Source: Trichosphaerium sp. ATCC 40318
Taxonomy: Eukaryota; Protista; Tubulinea
Assembly: GCA_038496445.1 (NCBI GenBank)
Contig: JALMLS010000213.1
Location: forward strand, 186,001 to 250,000
Direction of reading: 5' to 3'
Length of the DNA: 64,000 nt
Shown: positions 49,523 to 60,418 of the stretch, in pieces
Numbering within the stretch: position 1 is the stretch's first letter
Layout of the letters: each line of letters starts with the position of its first letter
Notes under the pieces: generated by a model
Databases searched by the model: none
What the model was told of the DNA's origin: nothing
The model's input: only the letters and a program-made list of their open reading frames with translations
Program-made: the position numbers and the translations under genes

Positions 49523-52227
49523 TCACAAGTTTATTTGCTTTTGCTTATTTCGAAGAGTTATTACATGATTCATCTCGCCTTCATTGTTAGGTACCATCAT
49601 TTTTGTTTCTTTTGCACTTTCAATATCTTCAGGGTCATCTGCTGATACCAAGGGTTCAGCAGGCTTAACACCATCAAACGTTATATCGGGCCTTTGAAGA
49701 AACATTAGTGAGCAACTTGCTTTGGTCGAACTTTCTTGTCTTTAAGTGTACCTGTAATATGTAATTGTTGCAGCTATTGAATCAATATCACCGGGTACCC
49801 ACCAATAAGGTATATTTACAATGGTAATATCTATATCCATAGGTCAGAGGACGAAGGGAAACAGCTTAAATTTACAAGTTTTTTGAAATAATGCTACTTA
49901 CCGAACTCTCCGCTAAGTGTTTCTTTTTCGTTATCTTTAACTTCTTGAACCCTAGATGGTCCATATTGTCCTGCTGAATCTACATAATGATGTTTTCCTT
50001 GATACTCAAGTGCTAAATTTTTGGAAGGAACAAAAATATCCAAAACCAAGTCCATTTGAGAACTATGTCTCTTAATTCCTGTATTATACTCTTCTTCGAT
50101 GATATCATCTGGGAACAAGTGCATGATACACGTGGACAATTTTCTATAATTAAAATAAATTGTTAGAACATATGCTGTCTTATTATGAAGGTGGTCAGCC
50201 GCGTAGCCAAACAGCTTTGAATACACAAATTTTGCTTGCAAAATTGTTTGGCCTATAAAACAAGCATAACAGCGTAACGTATGTATTTGACCTGGATGCT
50301 ACACCAACGTTGTTGGTATCGCGGAATGGAAAATTAGGTATTTTGGTTACGGTTGCATGCATGTGTATTATAATACATGTCAATCGTTCAAATTTTTACT
50401 TTTACCAAGCCGAGAAAATAGCATGTTTTTTTCAGCGAAGTAAAACGTTTTAAGGCGTTTCTGTGGTGTGGGGAAATCAAAAAGAAATTGTAATTTAAAA
50501 AAATGTGACAAATGATAACATTCGATGTGAAAACTTACCTTTGTGATGCTTTTTTATCACGTAACCGAAAAATATTGAAATTAAACTTGAAATGTGGGTA
50601 CACATTAGCAAGAACCTCAGGCCAATAAGTTTGTATTAAACCAGCTCCACCTCTTTCTCTTATTTGTGGAACAGAAATACGATACCAATCTGAAGGTGTT
50701 TTAACTTCAAGACTAGGTGCTATACTCTTTATGAATAATTTCCTATTTTCTTCCTTCATCCAGTACGATCTTGGTACGTTTCCTTTTTTAGGAAAAAAAT
50801 AAGATAATAGCACGTGAAAATAAGTATTGTTGTATGAAATAAAAGTGTACCAAATTTCCAAGGAATCCAATTATAATCAGGGTATATAGCTTTAAGCATT
50901 AATAATATAGAGCCACCATAATATCTATGTGATTTTTTGTTTAATTTTGATTATCATTAAACTGGCGCATGTGAGGTTTTTTGTACATACATGTTTATGA
51001 CACCTGTCCCACCTTTCATTTCGTGTACTTTTGAGTTATCGATATTATACCAATCAGATTCTTTCTTTATGCCAAGCTGTTTTTCAAACTACAAAAAAAA
51101 ATGATGATCAACAAAACGAGTGTAATAATGCATACAAGACGTTGTACGTACTTCTTTAACAAATCTTTTTCTGTGCTCATGAGAGGACCAAAACCGCTTT
51201 GGTGTATTGCGACCTGAATATAATAAGAAAGGAAACCACAAAACCGCCTCCTTAGCAGCAGTGGCACAGGTACAATAAAAACTATTAAGAAAAGCATAAA
51301 CATAACATACCTTTAAACCGCCATGCCTCCCACTTCTCCTCTGGAAATACTTCTTGTAGCATCTTAGGTATAGATCCTTGATACATCCTAAGGCATTAAA
51401 ATATCAATCATTACACAATGCAAGACAAAATTGCCTCAACACTATTCTGACCTTTTCGGAGAAAAAGATTACCTTGACATGTGAAGAAAACCCTCAAACC
51501 CACGAAGATCCTTCTCAGTCCTTTGATACCACTCATCAAGTGATGTTATACCAAGTTCTTCTCGTATCTAAAAAAAGACCAATAAGGAAAAAAAAAAGTT
51601 TAATTCAAATCACGTGAGTACGCACATGCTCAAGAAATAATCTTTGATTCTCTACCTTTAACCAAAAAGATGTTGGTGTTGCCCCTATACGGTTATTAGA
51701 TCAGTATTGTTTGAGCTTGGTGCAATTTTCGAAAAACGTTGTTTTTTTCCAACAGATTTTTCACTAAAGCTTGCATACACAGCTTCCAAGGCAGCCATTT
51801 TACTTCTGGATATACTATAGATAGAACAGGTACTAAGGTATCGTGGCGGCTACAGTTCTTTGTCAAAAGAAATCGGTTTAAAAAAAGTTTTACGCGTACG
51901 CAAGTAATTGTTTAGCACCGTACTCTAAAAGTTTCCCTCTGCTTACTTTATACCATTGCTCTGGTTTTTTGATGTTTAGGTGTTTTGCCAACTGTATTTA
52001 ATTAAATCGACGTAAATGCGCTCAATTACGCGCTTGCGCGCGATAATATAATGCTAGAGTGTAAATTGAAGGGTGTTACATACACGTTTTACTACAAGGA
52101 CTTGATTATCGATATTATCCCAATAAGAGGCTGTGAGATGAGCATCTGAAGCTAGAGTTTGTAATTGACGCGTTTTACTGCACAAATCAACGCAGTAATT
52201 GTTTCTTAGCCAAATATTCCGTAACAT
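49523..52227 (-). CDS. Four ~68-aa Trp-rich repeats plus C-terminal RAP/PD-(D/E)xK nuclease-like domain; putative mitochondrial presequence
   Basis: Repeats (Y/F)W..ENxx.F...L.I....DWY.....GG..L....L...YP...W.PW.F; C-terminal 'LDIFVPSKNLALEYQGKHHY..KDNEK..IVNIPYWW'; N-terminus MLRNIWLRNNY..KTRQLQT. Confidence 0.78.
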
Positions 52228-52484
52228 CACCTCTCATGGCGCTATTCAACAAAAAGGTTGGTGTTGTGAACCTGTCAGCCAAGCTTGACTTAACCTAACT
52301 TACTTGTACTGCGTACGTGGATAGAGTGGTATAATAGTGGCAAAATAATAGCCACCATTACATGCTGGATGATGAATTTTATGAATATGACATGGACTTA
52401 GGCACTGGCTACATTTTTAATGATGGAAGGAATAGGAGCACATTGGGGAAAATATGAAAATGGGTAACTTCGCAAGCAGTACTT

Positions 52485-53418
52485 TCATGCTGTTAATTCT
52501 TCAGATTCAATCTTCTTGAGGATTGTAGATGCTAACATACCGAATGCTTCTTCAACTTAAAACAAGATTAACAAAGCGAACAAAAAGAGTAGTAGCAATA
52601 AGTACCATTCTTTGATTCTTTCGATGATATCTCAATATACTGCACCTTGGTCTGGTATGCAAACATCTGAACATAAATCACGCTACTTAGTTCAGTTCTA
52701 TTTAGACGTACCCCAGCAGTGTGTACATCAACCTCACGGGTAAGAGCTAGATCAGTCTTAGAGCCCACAAGTAATATTGGGGTGTCGTCAGGCATATATC
52801 TTTCCACTTCTTTAAGCCATTTTATGGTGCTATTGAAAGTATCTTGTTTTGTGGTGTCATACACAACCATGACGCCGTTTACATTTCTGTAACCAGAAAG
52901 GTATTCCCTTTCGTAGAATCTAATCATACGAGGAGTATCCCGAACTTGTAATTTAACCTTTTGGTTTTCAATTTCAATAATCTTGACCTTCTAAGCACGT
53001 GGTGAGTCCACATAAGAACATGAGACTTAGCTACAGTAATTGCATGGCGGAAAATAAGGCGCATTTAGGTGAACAATACGTACAAAGTCAACACCAATGG
53101 TGCTTATGAAAGATTCAGTAACATAATCATCAACAAATCTAAGTATCAAACTACTCTTTCCAACACCAGCATCTCCAAGAACGACTATTTTAAATAAATA
53201 ATCGCTATCAACCGCATTAGAAAGCAAGAACAATTGACTATTGTACTAATCGCGTTTGGCTACTGATTTAGGGCTTGTAGTGTCTACACACGTGTCAGTT
53301 CCTAAAAGGAATGTGTCAGAACCAAAACTGTCTACTTTAGCCGTTCGTTTAACTAAAACCTGTAACTATGAGTTCTCCTACCTTTGTGTCTTTTGGTTTT
53401 ATTGCTTCCGTTGCCCAT
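52485..53418 (-). CDS. Atypical Rab1-like small GTPase
   Basis: '[20 protein letters not shown]', 'FISTIGVDF', 'LLVGSKTDL', 'EISSK'; G3 reads DTPRM; ends EELTA* with no Cys. Confidence 0.85.
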
Positions 53419-53805
53419 TTAATGGATGGGGCCTAAACGTAAAAGTTGAGACTCTCAAAGACTTTATTATGTTGATGATGGAAAGAAGGTTAATCTGCAC
53501 GGAATACCTAAAAATGGTTAACAATAGCGTTGCTGGTACAATATTATAAGTGAAATAGCAAGCAAAACAGGTGTTATGAGACGGACAACTGGGTGCAGGT
53601 TTTATTTATAAGGTAATGTTAAGAAACTGGTGAACTCAAATTAGTATGGGAATGGAATACCCATCTCAATGTAAGTAAGACACTCAAGCGTTATGTATTC
53701 AATGGTTACCATTTTTCTGTAACAGTGATTGTTTAGTGTAAGTAAAATTGGATCACTAGTACAGTACAAAACAAGTTTATTGAACTACAAAAAGGTGATA
53801 CCTCA

Positions 53806-55348
53806 CTAGTCTAAAGCTGTTTGCTCATAATCATTACCATCTAATACTTTACGTAATACATCAGGTCTATCTGTCATTATAACATCAACACCACAATTTA
53901 TACATTCCTGACAACCAGCTCGAGTATCAAGTGTAGAACCCTACATTGAAAGGCATAAATTGTTATTATCTTTTTGTTAAGTTTTTTGTCAGTCGTACAA
54001 ATACAATTGCCTTCTGTCCTCTTTGCTCATGCCAATATTTTACCATCTTCTTTGTTATAATCTATTAACCTATTAATACAACACTGGAATACCAATATGA
54101 TGTTTGCTTCATATGTGCTGACAACTTGACCTTCAAATTTTTCACGTACCCTACGCCCACGAGCATACATTATGCCTCCAACGAAATGATGCTTTACAGG
54201 TAATATCCATAATAATCCTATCCAATATAAACCAACCATTGTCATAATAGTCATTGCATCCGCTGTTATTGCCATGCTGATACAAAAAATAAACAAACAC
54301 CTCACTTAATACTTCTTAGCTATAACGTACTGTGGTGGTTTCAATGCACGTAATCTCTTATTTATGCTCTTAGATACTGCACCAAGTATGACTCTGTCTT
54401 CAAGTCCTGAATCATTAAGCATCTAGACGCTATTAAATAAAAGAAAAATACAGAAAAAAACAGGAATACAGAAAAACTTACCGTGAGAACAGGCACAATA
54501 ACTCTCTCATCCTTAATATCAAAAAAGAATGTTATTTCATCATCATCAGCAAACTCATCAAGTACTTCTTGTAATAAAGGTACTTGGTAACCCTAGGCGT
54601 TGTCAAAGAAAACTTACACGAGATGTTGAACAGAAATCGTTCATTTTGTTCTTATCTTACCTGTCCACGACATGACATTTGTCCTTCTTCTGTAATTTGA
54701 TACGCATGAAATCCTGCATCTAGAGCCCTGCACGGTATAAGAGAAGAAGGGAATGAGCAAAAAGTCAAGAAAATTCCTTCTGTTTCAGTCAGCTGCTGTC
54801 TTTTTCAGAACAATATCGCTTACTTTAGCTCTTCTACAGTTTTAGAACTTGCAGGACCTACACCGTCGGTAGTACGCTCCAAATGCCCATCATGCATAAG
54901 ATACAATCCACCATCAGCGGCCATACGTACATCAATCTCGATCATTTTTGTACCATACTCCTATGCTGGTTGAGTCGTGTTTCAAAAGCGTACAACAGAG
55001 GAGCTTAAAGTTGTACACTGTTTTGTCGGTTTACAACAAACTTACGTTTCTTGCTTTGCGATAAGCGGGCAAAGTATTCTCCGGCATGAAAGGAGACCCT
55101 CCACCGCGATGTGACGCGTGCATAGGCCATTTTACAGTTTGTAGCATTGGAACGTTTAGATCAATGTCCAAGTACCTTTTACGGCATCCTATGTACATAA
55201 CACTACAAAGGATGTCATTTGTGTTTGTAGTAACTGAAATAAGCGCATTTATTGTGTAATTGCCCAGGACGTACCGAAATAGCCAAAATGCGAGGACAGA
55301 GCCGACCAATGTGCCAAGCACTATACCAACAATCAATATTACGTTCAT
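53806..55348 (-). CDS. Glycerophosphodiester phosphodiesterase (GDPD family, GDPD1/GDE4-like)
   Basis: N-terminal TM; 'SHRGGG..PENTLPAY', 'IEIDVR', 'HDGHLERTTDG', 'GVDVIMTDRP'. Confidence 0.9.
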
Positions 55349-55490
55349 TGATTACCAGCTGTACTATTATCGTAGTGTTAGGCCCTATTTAGTAACAGAG
55401 CGCGCGTTCGTGGTTAAGCTAGCCCAATAATTATGGAAAAGTCAGAAAACGTCTTTTTGAGTTTTGCACCTGAATAAAACGCCGTAAATC

Positions 55491-57080
55491 ATGGGTAAGA
55501 AGCGAGGAAAGAAACGAAAGCAAGTGGAGAAGCCTTTTTGCTGGTAATTTAAATAATACATTGTATTTCGTTTAATAATTACAGGTATTGTGGCCGTACG
55601 TTTAATGACGAGAAGATCCTTGTTCAGCATCAAAAGGCAAAGCATTTTAAATGCCGTGTGTGTAACAAAAAATTATCGTCAATTTCTGGTATGGTGGTGC
55701 ATGTATATCAAGTACACAAAGAGAATGTAACAAAGTACGCTGATCCTTTTTTCTTGCCGTTTCTAGCGGTTAAAGCGACCTTATAATATTCGCTATACAT
55801 ACTTAACGCATTACAAAGGGTGCCAAACGCAAAACCAGGGCGAGATGATATTAAAAATGAAATATACGGTATGGATGGCATCCCACCAACAGGCAAGCTA
55901 GTGTTCCTCACTGTACCAAAAGAGAAAGAAACTGACACTCGAAACAACAGCAGCACCAGATGGTTCTCTACCTAACAAAAAACCAAAATTACTCGGTCCA
56001 GTTGGCATGCCAGGACAGCCAATGCCATATATGCCTCGACAACCAATGCCAGGTATGCACGGTGTTGCTCCACCTTACCAAGGCTTTCCACCACGCGGTC
56101 CTTTCCCTGGTGCACCATACGGTCCTCCAAACGGGTATGGACCGCCAGGTGGTATGCCACCTCAAGGAATGCCAGGAATGATGAATAGAATGCCACACGG
56201 AGGTATGATGTTACCAGGTCAAGTACCAGGACAGAGACCTCCACATCTTGGAGGTCCACCTTCAAAGCCTTTATTTCCAATTCAAGGCGCTTATGGTGCA
56301 CCACCTCCTCAAGGTACGTTGACACTTTTGTATTTTGTTGATCTTCCTTGTTGTGCTACCGAAGTAGTGGCCACAAATCGTTCGTATTATAATCATCCTG
56401 CCTGGGAAAGGAGTAAATGCGCAAAAACGAGGGCAATGCGTTAAAGCTGCGTGACTACAAAAACAGTCTGATGATTTTTTGATTTTTTTTGACCTTTTTT
56501 TTTTTTGACAAAATTTTTTAATCTCTACGTGTTTCCAGTTTCGTTTGGTTGACACAAAAAAGATTATATGTGCTTCCAATGACGTCAACGTCTTGAGTAG
56601 TTTGCGTTATAATACTAAACTCCTTGGAATTTCATCAATTAACACATTTTACAGGTCATCCAATGCCTACAGCGCCTCAACCAAAGTTGGCGCTTGTTTA
56701 TGCCGATGAGGATGTGTCTATGGTACGATTTTTTGTAATTCTTACATTGCGATAATCTTATTGTGACGCGATAATCAAAGATCGTTCATGAACGGCATTT
56801 TGTATTTCGTTTTTTCTTTTTTATCCTTCACACGCCTGGTAAAACGTTGTGTAGTCGGTTACTATGTTCGTGTAGTAATTGTTGTTGTTTCTTAACTGCT
56901 ACGTTTTCTTTTAACTTATTATTTAATGTGTGTATTGACGTGATGCTGTAGGAAGAAAAGCGGGCAAAGTTAGACCGCTACATGTACACGAAGGAAAAAA
57001 TACAGGAAAAAGTTACGCAACTCGAGAGCTCCATTGACGCACGAATATCATCGATAGGCTTTGACTTTGGAACAGACTAG
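55491..57080 (+). CDS. ZNF207: BuGZ/ZNF207/SUF4-like C2H2 zinc-finger protein with GLEBS motif
   Basis: '[35 protein letters not shown]', '[17 protein letters not shown]', Pro/Gly/Met-rich middle, 'VSMEEKRA'. Confidence 0.92.
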
Positions 57081-57447
57081 AAGTGGTCCCAAATCCTCGA
57101 TCAGAACCAAATTTGGTTTCATTATACTATCACTACTACTCGTGTTTACAGGCTCGTAAATTGTTTCAAACTATACCCCAACTACCAAACCCAACAAAAA
57201 ACAGAAAAAATCGAAAAACGGACAAACGAAAAAAGCAAAAAAAACACTTACAGGCGTGCGTGTACTTAAATAAACTTTTTGCGACAGCTACCTACTACTC
57301 TCAGAAAGACATATTTTGGCTAAAGGAATGTCTATTATTATGGCGTTATCCGTTGTGAATCATACATAACTGCGTTTTGTTCACGGACGTAGTACCTCTT
57401 CTTTTAAACACATCACAACAACACCACATCCTATTCTTTTTCTCAAC

Positions 57448-60184
57448 ATGAACTCGGGTGTAACCATGTGGCTACTTGTAGCTGTAATTTCTGCTGTTTG
57501 TATACAATACGTAGGAGCGCAGTGCGATCAGCTTGCTGGTGATAGGACTTTCATGCGTCACGTAAACGTCAGTTTATCTGCGGACGGCATAGAAAAGTAC
57601 CCAGGTACCTCCGACATTGTTTTGTCGGACTCTCTTGCTAACAACACAAATAAGGCATCTATTACTATGATTTGCCCAATAAACGAATACGCCTTACCTA
57701 CACACCTACCGATATCACCGCAGAAGAAGTAACAGAGTGGTATTTCTTTTCAGAGGTACAAAATTTTTTCCTTTTGAAAAAAACCGTTTTTCGCGTCTCT
57801 TTGAGCACGTGAGTGCGTGGTACACTACCAAAATTCTCCTTGTATTTTCTTTTATCCTTAGACGCGTTTTTTCTTTTAGGGTATCACCGTGAGGACTTGT
57901 AGACAGGAATGCAGTAGATTTATTACAGATCCTGCAAAGAACTTGTTTCCGGTTCTTATGCACGTACCAGATAATGATGACCTTATTGCTGTAGACAACG
58001 GGATATTGAATGTACATTATTACCAAAACTACAAAAAAGCTGTTTTTGATTTATTGCTAATAGGGTTCTATCACGTGCTTTACGAACGCTGATGGCAATC
58101 TACAAACTATTTTCACACAGGTACCCTTTTTTTTCGAAAAAGATCTTATCTTTCAGTGATGGACATTTAAGTCCACGGCTATACAGCGCATAATTAACGA
58201 TATCTTCGCAGGTCGACCAAACTTTGAATCCGCCGGAGGTTGAGTTAGAAATTCAATTAACCATATCTCCAACGGATGGACTTATAGGAGCAGTTATTGA
58301 TTACCCAAAGGCAGATAAAGACGGCACTTTGTATTTAGAATTCTTGAGTGAGTAACAAAAAAAAAACTAAACAAGACATTTTGTTTTCCAAAAAAACTTT
58401 ATTAACCGTTTTAGATGCTACTGATCTTCGACCACTTAATACAGGAGGTAACTTCCCATTGGATACATGGATTCCTCCATCAGATTGTGACGCATCGAAC
58501 AATATAACAGTATGTAAACGGTAAGTGCAACGAAACAAAACAGCTTTCTGGAATAGTTTACTTACTTATCATTTAGTCTTATTGATTTAACTTTCATCTT
58601 GGACGGTTCTTCTTCTATTGATGCAGAAGAATTCAAGACGCTCATTGCATTCGTAGAGAATGTTATCGATCCTGTATGGATACCACAAAGGGTCCTCGTT
58701 CTCATCTTTTTTTTGCTAGGATTTGAACATTATCACGATTGAAGAGAATGTATCTCGTGCAGCTATTGTAGTATTCCAAGGCGATGCTGTTGTCCATGAA
58801 TCCCTCACTTATGACCGCACTGAAATTCAATCAGAGATTGATAACCTTCTTAAATCAAACGCTAATCGTACTGGTGGTAAAACAAACATTGCTGCTGGCT
58901 TAGAAGCTAGTACAGTAAGTCTACTCTTTTAGTGCAATTGTTTGTTTAAACCTTTGCTAGGGCATATACAATACCTCCAGAAGGAATGAAACACATCGTG
59001 TAGCTATTTTGGTACGTTCATAAGCCTTAATTTATCATTTTGTTGTTTATTTTTGTGATTCTGGTACTAGGTAACAGATGGTGTTCAAACTGCTAATGGT
59101 GGACCTGCACCGGAAGATTCTGCTACTATACTAAAAGCAGACGGAGTGACAGTCATTGTAGTTGCTGTTGGAGATTCAGTCGATTTGTACGGAATTCGCA
59201 CATTAATTTGGTGTAATTGTCAAATTCAAAGCGAAGTCTTACATATATTTAGTGTGCAACTGGAAAGTATTGCTTCTGATGGTGCTTTCTTTGGAATATC
59301 AGATTTTGCTAGTATTGGAAAACTCATTAACGAACTTATTCCAACTCTATGTAATGGTGAATACGAACAGCCTTGCGATGGTTGTGCTGGTATTTGCTTT
59401 TGTTCCAACAGATGTGTAAACGTGAGTGCCACCTTTTCAAATCACTGGTTTCTAACCTTTATCACAGCCAATGCCTCCAACCGTACCAGTTGACATACCT
59501 GTCTCTGTGCCAACACAAGAACCGTGTATTGAACCAGAACCTATTTGTTGTCCAGTACGTTGCTTCAGTATCATCAAAAAGAGGTTTAGTTAACGTTGTT
59601 TTTGCTTGTAGGATCTTTCAGGCAAGCTTCATAGGTTTGATTGCCCAACAATCCACGCAGAGCTTGATTTCGACGAAGTCGATTCAGAAAACCGATCATG
59701 TCTAGTTCTTGAATGTCCTGACCCAGAAGATGTACCAGAGTACGTTAGTGATCGTATTGATGTGTACTAACCCATTTTAAGAATGTTGGAAGTTGACGAG
59801 AGTATTAAAGCTGATGCTGAATGTAAAGTCACAGAAGGAAACGGCACTTGTCTCATAGTCACTGCAGTACGTTGATTGTACTCATTTTCTTTGGTCATTT
59901 TTCTTACCTTTTATCAGCCTTCTGGAAGCACTGATCCAACAACTGGACTTGCTGTAGGTGTTGGTGCTGGAGTACTTGTTCTCGCAGCTATAGGATGTAC
60001 GTCATATGCCTTAACGTAGTCGTTACTCATTCATGTAGTTGTTGCTTATCGCGTAATCTCTGGAGCTGCAGCCGGTGGAGCTGGCGCTGCTGGTGGCGCT
60101 GCTGCTATTGGAGGTGCCGCAAATACAAGTCCAGTGTTTGCTCCTGCAGCAAACGTAAATACTTCTCCTCTTGCTGGAGCTTAG
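57448..60184 (+). CDS. Type I membrane protein with vWA (MIDAS) domain and Cys-rich regions
   Basis: Signal peptide; 'DLTFILDGSSSI' (DxSxS), 'GGKTNIAAGL', 'VTDG'; Cys-rich segment; TM 'GLAVGVGAGVLVLAAIGFVAY'; short Gly/Ala tail. Confidence 0.85.
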
Positions 60185-60418
60185 CACTTAGTGACCGCTA
60201 ACGTTTTGTAATTAATAACTTGAACCGTACATAACCATCAAATAAATAACTTAAAGCACTTAACAATGAAATAAGGATGTTGTACAGTACTCTTTTACTA
60301 ATGAGAACTACAACGAAGGGTTTTTGAGTGCAAATGTCATCAAACCCTGCCTTAAAGATAAAAAAAAACACCAAAAATACAAAGAGAAAAAACATAGCCT
60401 GCTTATGCTGTAGCTGTT

